Source: an uncultured Actinomycetes bacterium
GTDB lineage: Bacteria > Actinomycetota > Thermoleophilia > RBG-16-64-13
Length of the DNA: 64,000 nucleotides
Assembly: GCA_963706025.1 (NCBI GenBank)
Contig: CAVPLM010000010.1
Location: 1 to 64,000, forward strand
Direction of reading: 5' to 3'
The translations under genes were made by a program, and so were the position numbers. Under the pieces are notes generated by a model. That model saw only the letters and a list, made by a program, of their open reading frames with translations, had not been told where the DNA came from and ran no database searches. Below, one piece after another: positions 48,428-57,856 of the stretch (positions are counted from its first letter, which is position 1; the number at the start of each line of letters is the position of its first letter).

Positions 48428-50128
48428 ATGGCCGACACGCCTCTCCTCCACGATCGCTACCGGATCGTCCGCAAGCTGGGCAGTGGGGCGTTCGCCACCG
48501 TGTATCTGGCCGACGACCTGCACATGGGGCGGCCGGTCGCCATCAAGATCGTGGAGCAGACCGTCGACGTCGACGACCGGGTGCTGCGGGAGGCCCAGGC
48601 GGCGGCCAAGCTCAGCCACCACCACATCCTCACCGTTTACGAGATGGTCCGCGAGCCCGAGAGGACGCTGCTCTTCACCGAGTACATCCAGGGCAACACC
48701 CTTCGCGAGCACTATCGGGACCAGACTTTGAGCGATCCCGAGATCCTGGAAGCCGGCATCCAGCTGTGCCGCGCCCTGGAGCACGCCCACAAGCGGGGCG
48801 TGGTGCACCGCGACATCAAGCCGGAGAACATCATGCTGGTCGAGGGAGCGGCCGTCGACGTGCGGCTGATGGACTTCGGGGTCGCACAACTGGAGGATCG
48901 GGCCTCCGATCACCCTGGACGGCGACCTGGTGGGGACCCTGGCCTACATGTCGCCGGAGCAGAGGGAGGGCAGGAACGTCGATTCCCGCAGCGACGTCTA
49001 CTCGCTGGCCCTGACCCTCTACGAAGGTTTCACCCGGAGGAACCCATTAAAGGGCAAGAAGCTTCAGGATCTCCTTCGCGACGTTTCCCGCCCGGAGATC
49101 CCTCCTCTCTCCGTCAATCGTCCGGATCTGCCCCTCGCCTTGAGCGATGCCCTGGGACGGGCCATGGCCCACGACCGTTACGCTCGTCCCGACGCGGAGG
49201 CCTTCGGGCGGCTCTTGACTCAAGCGGCCAAGCAGATGCCGGAAGAGGTCCCGGACGAGCGCTTGGCCACCCGGGTTCGAGAGCGGCTCGCCCCGTCCAG
49301 ATTGGACCGGGACCGGGTCGTCTATCTGGGTCAGCACGTGGCGGCCGGCGGTCTTCGCGCTCTGCTGTCTCCTGTACCTGCTGCCGCGGGCACCCTTCTA
49401 TCCGCAGGTGGCGATCAGCCCCGCTGATCGCCGTGCCGGCCTTCGTGGCTCTGATCTGGCCGTTCGGAGGCGCGATGCTCACGTTGGCGCTGCTGGCGCC
49501 CCCGATCTTCGCGTTCGGCGCCGGCTGGGGGGTGATCTACGTGGTGCCGGCTGCGGTGACGCTGGGCCTACTTCGCTGGAGGCGGCTGGAGTGGGCGGCC
49601 CTGCTCCCGGGGGTCATGCCCTTCGCCGTGATGGGGTGGGTGGGACTGGCCGTGCTGCCTCTGGCCGGCGCACTGGTCCGCCGCTGGGGAGCGTTGGTGG
49701 GGTTCATGAGCGGACTGGTGCTGGTGGTCGCCGGGGGGCTGGCCGGCTGGGAGACGCTGCCCTATACGTTCAATCCGAGTCCGGGCACGCCGCTCATGGC
49801 GGCCGAGCACGCGACCTCTCCCTGGACGGTGCTGACGGAGATCGCCCGGTTCCTGGATTCCCGGCCGGAACTGACGCTGCAGATCCTTCTGTTCACCGTG
49901 TTCGCGTTGCCTCTGTACGTCCTTGCCGGTGGGCGCTCCCGGGAGCGGCGGATGTGGGGAGCAAGTGCGTATCTCAGCGTTCTTCTCGCGGGCTTCGTGC
50001 TTCTTCCCATCCTGCTTCTCGGGGTGCCGGTGGCGTTGGGCCCGTTCCTGGTGGCGTTTGTGCCGTGCGCTATAATCGCGTTTCTGTCCGCTCTTCTCAT
50101 CTCGTCCGAGGGTATGGAGACCCTGTAG
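48428..50128 (+). CDS. Ser/Thr protein kinase with multi-TM C-terminal domain (several frameshifts, about 48905-49420)
   Basis: LGSGAFATVY, VAIK, HRDIKPEN, DFG, GTLAYMSPEQ, SDVYSL. Confidence 0.88.
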   Translation: MADTPLLHDRYRIVRKLGSGAFATVYLADDLHMGRPVAIKIVEQTVDVDDRVLREAQAAAKLSHHHILTVYEMVREPERTLLFTEYIQGNTLREHYRDQTLSDPEILEAGIQLCRALEHAHKRGVVHRDIKPENIMLVEGAAVDVRLMDFGVAQLEDRASDHPGRRPGGDPGLHVAGAEGGQERRFPQRRLLAGPDPLRRFHPEEPIKGQEASGSPSRRFPPGDPSSLRQSSGSAPRLERCPGTGHGPRPLRSSRRGGLRAALDSSGQADAGRGPGRALGHPGSRAARPVQIGPGPGRLSGSARGGRRSSRSAVSCTCCRGHPSIRRWRSAPLIAVPAFVALIWPFGGAMLTLALLAPPIFAFGAGWGVIYVVPAAVTLGLLRWRRLEWAALLPGVMPFAVMGWVGLAVLPLAGALVRRWGALVGFMSGLVLVVAGGLAGWETLPYTFNPSPGTPLMAAEHATSPWTVLTEIARFLDSRPELTLQILLFTVFALPLYVLAGGRSRERRMWGASAYLSVLLAGFVLLPILLLGVPVALGPFLVAFVPCAIIAFLSALLISSEGMETL

Positions 50129-50133
50129 GAGGT

Positions 50134-50986
50134 ATGTCTATGGGATTGATGCGGAGGGTCGAGTCGCGTATCGAGGGCGCGGTGGGCGCGGGGCCGAAAG
50201 ACGGCCCCTCGAGCGAACCTCCGGACGCCCCCTCCAAGAAGGAATCCAGACTGCACGTGCAGCCGGATGAGCTGGCTCGCACACTCGTCAAGGAGATGGA
50301 AGCCCGAAAGGTCACGTGGTCGTCGGGAACCTCGGTGCCCAACCGTTACACGGTCTATCTCTGCCCGGAGGATCACGACCGGCTCGAAAGTCGGCAGGAT
50401 CAGATCGAGGCCAAGCTCGAGCGTCACCTGGTGAAGCACGCGCATTCCAAGAGATACGAAGTGCATGGATGAGATCAGGGTGTCACTCGAGCTCGATCCC
50501 GATCTCAAGTTGGGCCACTTCGGCCTGCTGGCCCAGCGGTCCGGTGCGGAGAGCGTTGCCGGGCCGACGGCCGCCATGCCGGCGGTCGCGGCGCCGGCCG
50601 CCGTCGCGCCGGTCATGGACCGAATGGCCTCCGTCGGGCCGGCGAATCCTGCCGGCGGAGGAACCGAGGTCATCCGTGCGGCGGAGGCGGCGGAACACGG
50701 CTTGGTCCGGCAGACGATCGTCCTGAAAGCGGGGAGCCGCGTGCGCGAGTTCGATCACGGGCGGGTCATCGTGGGCAGGGCCAAAGACGTCGATTTCAGG
50801 GTCGACGACCCAAACGTCTCTCGCCGGCACGCCGCCATCTACTGGGCGGACGGCAGTCTCATGGTAACGGATCTCGATTCGACCAATGGGACGATGGTGA
50901 ACGGGTATCCGGTGAAGAGCAGCGTGCTCGGTCCGGACGACGTGGTGACCGTCGGGGACTGCAGGATCACGGTGGAGACGAGATAG
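50134..50986 (+). CDS. fhaA: FhaA-like protein (DUF3662 + FHA; frameshift near 50465)
   Basis: VQP.ELAR.L..EM, PN.Y.V.L; FHA GR..D, D.NVSRRHA, DL.STNGT.VNG. Confidence 0.85.
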
Positions 50987-51023
50987 CACCTGGAAGCCGG
51001 GAGATGATCCGGGAGATGGGGCA

Positions 51024-51532
51024 ATGCTGCAGATAGTACTGCTGGCCGGGAAGTTCGTCTTTCTGGTCGTTCTCTACCTGTTCGTCTACAGGGTGATCCG
51101 CTCCGCCAGCCGCGAGTTGCGCGCGACCGGCCCGGTCGGCGGCGGGCAGCCGTGGTCCTCCGAGCTCGACATGCCTGTCGTAGCGGGGGGAGTAGCGGCT
51201 TCCGGCGGCGTTCCCCCCGCGCGGGGAGCGGCGTATGGACCCTCGTGGTGCAGAAGAGCCCCTATCTGCCGGCGGGGGAGGCCTACTCCTTCCCTGTGGG
51301 AGCGCACGCCCTGGCCGGGCGTTCTTCCGACATGGACATCTACCTCGAAGACACCTTCGTCTCGTCCAAGCACGCGCTTTTCGAAGCGGCTGCGGACGGC
51401 TTCAAGGTGGAGGACCTGCGCAGCACCAATGGGACTCAGGTGAACGGCTCCGATATCTCCGGTCCTCGGCAGCTGGGCGCCGGTGACCGGGTGGAGGTGG
51501 GCGACACCGTCTTCCAGGTGGAGGTGCGGTGA
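51024..51532 (+). CDS. fhaB: FhaB-like membrane-anchored FHA protein (frameshift near 51220)
   Basis: N-terminal TM, GR...DI...D.FVS..HA, EDL.STNGT.VNG. Confidence 0.8.
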
Positions 51533-52920
51533 TGCGCCTCCGGGCCGGCGTAGCCAGCGATCGCGGCCTCGTCCGCCAGAACAACGAGGACTCCTATCTG
51601 GTCCGGCGAGGGCTCTACGCGGTCTGCGACGGCATGGGAGGCGCGCGGGCCGGCGAGGTGGCGTCCGAGATGGCCTGCCGGGGCCTTCTCGCCCTGGATA
51701 CGGCCCAGGCCACGGCGGACGAACTCCGCGAGGCCATCATCAAGGTCGACCGGGCCATAGTCGACCGCAGTCTCGGGGAGGAGGGTCTTCTGGGCATGGG
51801 CACCACCCTGACGGCTGCTCTGGCCGGCGAAGGATCTTTGACTCTGGCCCACGTGGGGGATTCGCGGGCCTACCTGCTGCGCGAGGGCGACCTGATCCAG
51901 CTCACCGACGATCACTCCTGGGTGGGGGAGATGGTCCGCCGGGGAGAGCTGACCCCGGCCCAGGCAGCCGTCCATCCGCACCGGAGCGTCATCACCAGGG
52001 TGCTCGGCACCGAGGGCGAGCTCGAGCCCGACATGATCGAAGTGCCCGTGGAAGCGGGCGACCGCGTCCTGCTCTGCAGCGACGGATTGACGGGCATGGT
52101 CTCCGATCAGGAACTGGCTGGGATCCTTCAACAGGACGCCGATCCGCAGACGGTCGCCGAGCTCCTGGTTCAGGCCGCCCTATCCGGCGGCGGCGAAGAC
52201 AACGTGACCGTCGTCGTGGTGGACGTGATGCCATCCTCCCCGGCTCCCGGGTCGCCGCCCGGCGACGGAGAGACCGATGAAGGGGGCGAGACCGCCGGCG
52301 GCGGCGAGACCCCCGGCGAAGGCGACGAGGCTGGCGATGAGGGCGCGCCCCCCGGCGAAGACGAGACCCCCCAGGATGGCGGAGACGAGATCTTGCTGGG
52401 ACCAAGCGACCGCGGGATCGTCTCCGCGGCGACGGCAGGCCGCGGCGGGCGAGCGGGCGCGGGGATGCGCGGGCGCCTTGGCGGGCGCATCGGTCCGTTC
52501 CTAAGCCCCTCTGTCCGCCGCCCCGTGGGCGGGGCCACGGCGGCGGGGCAGGCGGGGGGCACGGTGTCCTCTCTGGAGGCGACCACACAGGTGGAGCCGG
52601 CCGAGGCCGGGAGCAGGCGGTGGACCCGGCGGCGGTGGGCCATCCTCGCGGTAACGATTGTGGTCGTGGTGGCGGTCTTGGTCGGCGGGTTTGCCGTCTA
52701 CAACTCCACCGTCTACTACATCGGCACCTTCGCCGGCACCGTGGCCCTCTTCCAGGGTCTGCCGGCAAGCATCCTCGGCATCGACCTCTCCTCCGTCATC
52801 GAGATGGGGGCGGTAGCCCGTGATTCGCTCGCCCCCCACCTGCAGGCGCGGGTGGACGCGCATGATCTCATCAGCAAGGAAGAGGGACAGCTGTTCCTCC
52901 GGACCCTGAGCGCGCAGTAG
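51529..52920 (+). CDS. pstP: PP2C-type Ser/Thr phosphatase
   Basis: R..NED, DGMGG, GMGTT, HVGDSRAY, LCSDGL, GG.DN.T; C-terminal TM. Confidence 0.92.
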   Translation: MMRLRAGVASDRGLVRQNNEDSYLVRRGLYAVCDGMGGARAGEVASEMACRGLLALDTAQATADELREAIIKVDRAIVDRSLGEEGLLGMGTTLTAALAGEGSLTLAHVGDSRAYLLREGDLIQLTDDHSWVGEMVRRGELTPAQAAVHPHRSVITRVLGTEGELEPDMIEVPVEAGDRVLLCSDGLTGMVSDQELAGILQQDADPQTVAELLVQAALSGGGEDNVTVVVVDVMPSSPAPGSPPGDGETDEGGETAGGGETPGEGDEAGDEGAPPGEDETPQDGGDEILLGPSDRGIVSAATAGRGGRAGAGMRGRLGGRIGPFLSPSVRRPVGGATAAGQAGGTVSSLEATTQVEPAEAGSRRWTRRRWAILAVTIVVVVAVLVGGFAVYNSTVYYIGTFAGTVALFQGLPASILGIDLSSVIEMGAVARDSLAPHLQARVDAHDLISKEEGQLFLRTLSAQ

Positions 52921-54277
52921 TGAGCACACGCAATCGCGAGCTGGTGTTCCTCGTCCCGGCGCTGGTCCTCACCACTCTGGGGTTCGCCCTGGTCTACACC
53001 CAGAAGTCCTCCGTCCTCACCCTGTCCTCTCTGACGTACGGCGCCCTCTTTCTAGCCCTGTTCGCGATCGCCCACATCGGCCGCCGGGTGCTGGCCCCCT
53101 ACGCCGATCCCTATCTGCTGCCCATCACAGCTCTGCTGTCGACCCTCGGCATCCTGTTCCTGTACCGCCTGAACGAGAAGCTGGCCCTTCAGCAGGCCAT
53201 GTGGCTGGTGGTCGGGCTGGCGGCCTTTCTGCTGGTGCTGGTGTTCGTGCGCGATCTCAAGGTGCTGCGCGACTACCGGTTCTTGATCGGCATCGCCGGG
53301 CTTCTCCTGCTCCTCCTAACGGCCGTCTTCGGGCGCGAGATCAATGGAGCCCGGCTGTGGGTGGCCTTCGGTCCCATCCGCTTCCAGCCCGCGGAATTCG
53401 GCAAGATCTTGCTCATGGTCTTCTTTGCCGCCTACCTGGTGGACATCAGGGAGGCGCTCACGGTGAGCACCCGCCGCGTGCTGGGGGTGCCTCTGCCGCC
53501 GTTTCGCTACCTGGCGCCGCTCCTCACCATCTGGGTCCTGTCGATGATGCTGATGATCTTCATGAAGGACCTGGGCACCAGCCTCCTCTTCTTCGGCGCG
53601 CTTCTCGCCCTTCTGTACGTCGCCACCGGGCGCGTCTTCTACGTGGTTGGTCGGAATGGCGCTGTTCATCGCCGGCGCGGCTCTGCTCTACTTCATTTTC
53701 CCCCATGTGCAGACCCGTATCGACATCTGGCTCGATCCCTGGAAAGACCCCACCGGGAAGGGCTATCAGATCGTCCAGTCCTTGTTCGCGCTGGCAGCCG
53801 GGGGCCTGTTCGGCCGCGGCTTGGGCCAGGGGTATCTGCATCCTGCAATCGGGCGATACCATCATCCCCGCTCTGGAGACCGACTTCATCTTCTCCGCCA
53901 TCGGGGAGGAGCTGGGACTGGTGGGGGCGGTGGGCGTCATCCTCCTCTACCTGATCTTCACCTATCGGGGCTTTCGCATCGCCGTGCGGGCTCGGGACGA
54001 TTTCTCCCGTTTGCTGGCCACCGGACTCACCAGCATCTTCGCGTTGCAGGCCTTCCTCATCATGGGCGGGGTCATCAAGCTGATCCCCCTCACCGGCATA
54101 ACCCTGCCGTTCGTGAGCTATGGCGGCAGCTCCATCGTGTCCAACTTCGTCCTCTTGGCCCTGCTGCTCCGTACGAGCGACAGCGTGGCGCGCCAGGAGG
54201 CAGCCGAGCACCGGCTGGGGCCGCGGCCGGCGCCGGGCGTCGGGGGCCCGCGGCCGGCCGTGGGGACGGGGGCGTAG
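52920..54277 (+). CDS. rodA: FtsW/RodA/SpoVE family protein (frameshifts near 53645 and 53845)
   Basis: NGARLW, FQP.EF.K, DLGT, GYQ..QS, TDFIF..IGEELG, PLTGITLPFVSYGGSS. Confidence 0.9.
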
Positions 54278-55675
54278 ATGAGCCGTCCTCTCCGCCGGCT
54301 GTTCCTCGTCTTCGTGCTGCTCTTCGTGGCCCTGGTGGTGCAGCTCACCTATGTCCAGGTGTGGGCCGCGCCGAAGCTGAAGGTCAACCCGGCGAACACC
54401 CGGGCCCTGGAAGAAGAGATGAAGGTGGAACGGGGAGTGATCGTGTCCGCCGACGGGGAGGAGCTGGCCGTGAACCGCAAGGAGGGCCAGTACTATCTTC
54501 CGCGAATACCCGCTGGGCAGTCTCACCTCTCCCTGGCTGGGCTACAACAGCCTGCGCTACGGCCGGGCCGGCGTGGAGCGGGTCTACAACGAGGAGCTCT
54601 CCGGCCAGTCCGGGATCCTGGGGATCACGAACTACTGGGACCAGATCGTAGGCAATCCCCATCGGGGGGCCGACCTCAAGCTCACCGTGAACATGGCGTT
54701 GCAGAGGGTGGCGGCCGAGGCCCTCGGCGATAGGAAGGGGGCGGTGGTGGCCCTCGATCCCAAGACGGGGGCGGTGCTGGCCATGGTCTCGTACCCGCGC
54801 TACGACCCCAACGACATCGACGAGCAATGGGAGGAGATCAACTCCGACCCCGGCAGGCCCCTGATCAACAGGGCGACTCAGGGCCTCTATCCACCCGGCT
54901 CGGTCTTCAAGATAGTGGTGGCCGGCGCCGCCCTGCAGACCGGCACGGTCACTCCCCAGACCGAGTTCGAAGACACAGGGGAGTACGTCGCCGGGGGATA
55001 TCGTGGTGACCAACTACGGCGACAAAGTCTACGGGGTGCACGACTTCACCAAGGCCTTCGCGAGCAGTATCAACACCACTTTCGCCAAGGTAGGGGTGGA
55101 GATGGGGGCGGACACGCTCGCGGACTACGCGTCCGCTTTCGGCTTCAACAGGGAGTCGCCCTGGCCGCTGGGCGCGAGCAGGAGTTTCTTCCCCGATCCG
55201 GCGGATATGGACGAGGCCCACGTGGCCCAGGCCTCCTTCGGGCAGGGAGAGGTGCTCTCCACCCCCCTCGCAGATCGCACTGGCCGCCGCGGCCGTGGCC
55301 AATGGGGGCGAGATCATGGAGCCCTATCTGGTGAGCCAGGTACTGGACTATCACAAGAACATGCTCCAGGAGACCCGGCCCCGGGTCTGGCTACGGCCGC
55401 TCAACAGCGAGACGGCGGCCATGATGCGCGACCTCATGATCGAAGTGGTCAACAACGGCACGGGAACCTCGGCCGCCATCGATGGCGTCCAGGTAGCGGG
55501 CAAGACAGGGACAGCTGAGGTGGCTGACGCCGGTCCACACTCCTGGTTCGCCGCGTTTGCTCCGGCCGACGATCCCCAAGTGGTGGTGGCCGTGCTGGTC
55601 GAGAACGCGGGCACCGGCAGCAGTGTCGCGGCGCCTATCGCACGTCAAGTCATCTCCGCAGCCCTGGGGCTCTGA
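54278..55675 (+). CDS. pbpA: Class B penicillin-binding protein PbpA (frameshifts near 54500, 55000, 55270)
   Basis: DPKTGAVLAM.S.P, YPPGSVFK (SxxK), S.N, AGKTGTA. Confidence 0.9.
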
Positions 55676-55679
55676 TACT

Positions 55680-55688
55680 TGTGGATAA
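55680..55688 (-). promoter_or_regulatory. Perfect DnaA box next to the putative pknB -10 element
   Basis: TGTGGATAA (= TTATCCACA) in the 58-bp pbpA-pknB gap, followed by ggTAGTAT. Confidence 0.45.
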
Positions 55689-55733
55689 GGTAGTATTGCG
55701 CGCTATGGACCGTGAGCAAACGGGCGAAACTGC

Positions 55734-57764
55734 ATGGCGGAGGGCGAGAAAGCTTTGATAGGGCGCGTTTTCGACAACCGCTACGAAGTCGTTCAGGCGC
55801 TGGGGAGCGGCGGGATGGCCGAGGTCTACCTCGCCAACGACCGACTCCTCGGCAGGCAGGTCGCGCTCAAGGTCCTCTCCTCACGCTACGCCAACGATGC
55901 CCAGTTCGTGGAGCGGTTCCGCCGCGAGGCCAGCAGTGCCGCAGGCCTCAACCACTCCAACATCGTGCAGATCTACGACCGCGGCGAGGCTGAGGGTACC
56001 TACTACATCGCCATGGAGTACCTCGAGGGGCGCTCGCTCAAAGAGATCATTTTGAAGTACGCCCCGCTCAGCCCCGACCTCGTCGTGTCGGTCTCCGTGC
56101 AGATCCTCGAGGCCCTGCGTTTCGCACACCGCCGGGACGTCATCCACCGGGACATCAAGCCCCAGAACATCATCATCGACGGCGACGGGCGGGTGAAGGT
56201 GACCGACTTCGGCATCGCCCGGGCGGGCAGCGCCGCCACCATGACCGAAGCCGGTTCCATCCTGGGTACGGCTCACTACCTGTCTCCGGAGCAGGCCCAG
56301 GGGCAGCCGGTGGAGGCGGCCTCCGACCTCTATTCGCTGGGCGTGGTCATGTACGAGATGGCCACCGGCAAGCTGCCTTTCGACGGTGACAACCCGGTGG
56401 GCATCGCCATGCAACACGTGCACGAGCGGCCGGTGGCGCCGCGCACGATCGCACCCGACATCCCCGAGAATCTGGAGGGCGTCATCCTGCGCTCCCTGGG
56501 CAAACAGCCCACCGAACGTTATATCACCGCTCAGGCCATGCTCGCGGACCTGAGACGCGTGCAGGACGGGGAGTCGGTCAGCGCGCCCGCCGCGTTCGTC
56601 GAGGAAGCCACCCAAGTCATGACCCCGGCCGCGGTCGCCGCGGCGGCGCAGCCCACGCAGGTGCGCCCGAGAGGCCCTGAATATGCCGAGCAGCTTCCGG
56701 AGCCTTTCTATGGTCAGGCACCGCGCCGGCGGAGCGTCTGGCCCTGGATACTGGTGATAGTCCTCCTGCTGGCCCTCGGCGGCGGGGCCTACGCCGTCTT
56801 CTCCAACTGGGAGAGATCCGCGGTGGAGACTGCGGCCGTGCCGGGGGTGGTGGGCCTGAGTGAGGCGAAGGCCAAGGAGGTCATCGAGGCGGCGGGCTTC
56901 AAGTTCGACCTTGCGGGAGAGCAACCCTCGGGCGACGTCGCGAAAGGCGACATCGCCCGGCAGGACCCGGAAGAAGGCACCAATTTGGAACTGGGGAAGA
57001 CGGTCGGCGTGTGGATCTCTTCGGGCCAAGGGAAGGTAGAGGTGCCGAACGTGGTCGGCAAGACCCAGGTCGCGGCGGCCCAACAGTTGGGCGCGCTCGG
57101 GCTGGACGTGGCCACAAAGGAAGAGACCGCCAAGGATAAGGAGGTGGGTACGGTCATCCGCCAGAGCCCGGGAGCCGGCGAGCAAGTCGATGCCGGTACC
57201 AAGGTGACCATCGTCGTGGTCGCGCCGAGCAACACGGTGAACATACCGCGTCTCATCGGCATGAGTCAGGACTCCGCCGTGGCTCTCATCGAGGGGATGA
57301 AGCTGGTGCCCAAGGTGGAGGAGCGAGACTCCACCGAGCCGGGGAAGACCTGCGTCGACCAGGATCCCAAAGAGGGCGCGGAGGCCCTGCCGGGGGATAC
57401 GGTCACCATCTACGTCAGCAACGCCCCCGAGGTGACGACCGTCAGAGTGCCACCGGTAGCACAGATGGGGTACACGGTCGCTCAAGCCCGAGCCAGGCTG
57501 GCAACCTACGGCCTACGCTCGAACACGGTCGAGGCGGAGACGCCGGACTACCCGCCCGGCGAGGTCATCGGCCAGGATCCGCCCGCCGGGCGCGAGGTGG
57601 AGAGGGGTAGTATCGTGGAACTCACCGTCGCCAAGGAGCCGCCGACGACCACCACCACGACCCTGCCGCCGACTACCACCACGACCCAGCCGACCACCAC
57701 GACGACCAGGCCGCCGACAACCACGACGACCCAACCCCCCTCCACCTCCACCACGTCCTTCTGA
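55734..57764 (+). CDS. pknB: PASTA-domain Ser/Thr kinase
   Basis: LGSGGMAEVY, HRDIKPQN, DFGIAR, GTAHYLSPEQ, TM, about 4 PASTA repeats, Thr/Pro-rich tail. Confidence 0.95.
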   Translation: MAEGEKALIGRVFDNRYEVVQALGSGGMAEVYLANDRLLGRQVALKVLSSRYANDAQFVERFRREASSAAGLNHSNIVQIYDRGEAEGTYYIAMEYLEGRSLKEIILKYAPLSPDLVVSVSVQILEALRFAHRRDVIHRDIKPQNIIIDGDGRVKVTDFGIARAGSAATMTEAGSILGTAHYLSPEQAQGQPVEAASDLYSLGVVMYEMATGKLPFDGDNPVGIAMQHVHERPVAPRTIAPDIPENLEGVILRSLGKQPTERYITAQAMLADLRRVQDGESVSAPAAFVEEATQVMTPAAVAAAAQPTQVRPRGPEYAEQLPEPFYGQAPRRRSVWPWILVIVLLLALGGGAYAVFSNWERSAVETAAVPGVVGLSEAKAKEVIEAAGFKFDLAGEQPSGDVAKGDIARQDPEEGTNLELGKTVGVWISSGQGKVEVPNVVGKTQVAAAQQLGALGLDVATKEETAKDKEVGTVIRQSPGAGEQVDAGTKVTIVVVAPSNTVNIPRLIGMSQDSAVALIEGMKLVPKVEERDSTEPGKTCVDQDPKEGAEALPGDTVTIYVSNAPEVTTVRVPPVAQMGYTVAQARARLATYGLRSNTVEAETPDYPPGEVIGQDPPAGREVERGSIVELTVAKEPPTTTTTTLPPTTTTTQPTTTTTRPPTTTTTQPPSTSTTSF

Positions 57765-57856
57765 CGGCGCCTTCTGGCTGCCGCCCGCCGATGTAGGTCG
57801 GCCGCCCTGCGCGGGGCTGCTACAATCGCTGCTCAAGCGCGAAGGTGAGGTCGACA

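Noticed and set aside
57644-57760. acc/acg-rich repeat as a separate element
   Set aside because: Encodes the Thr/Pro tail of PknB; similar Thr tracts occur in ModA and the lipoprotein
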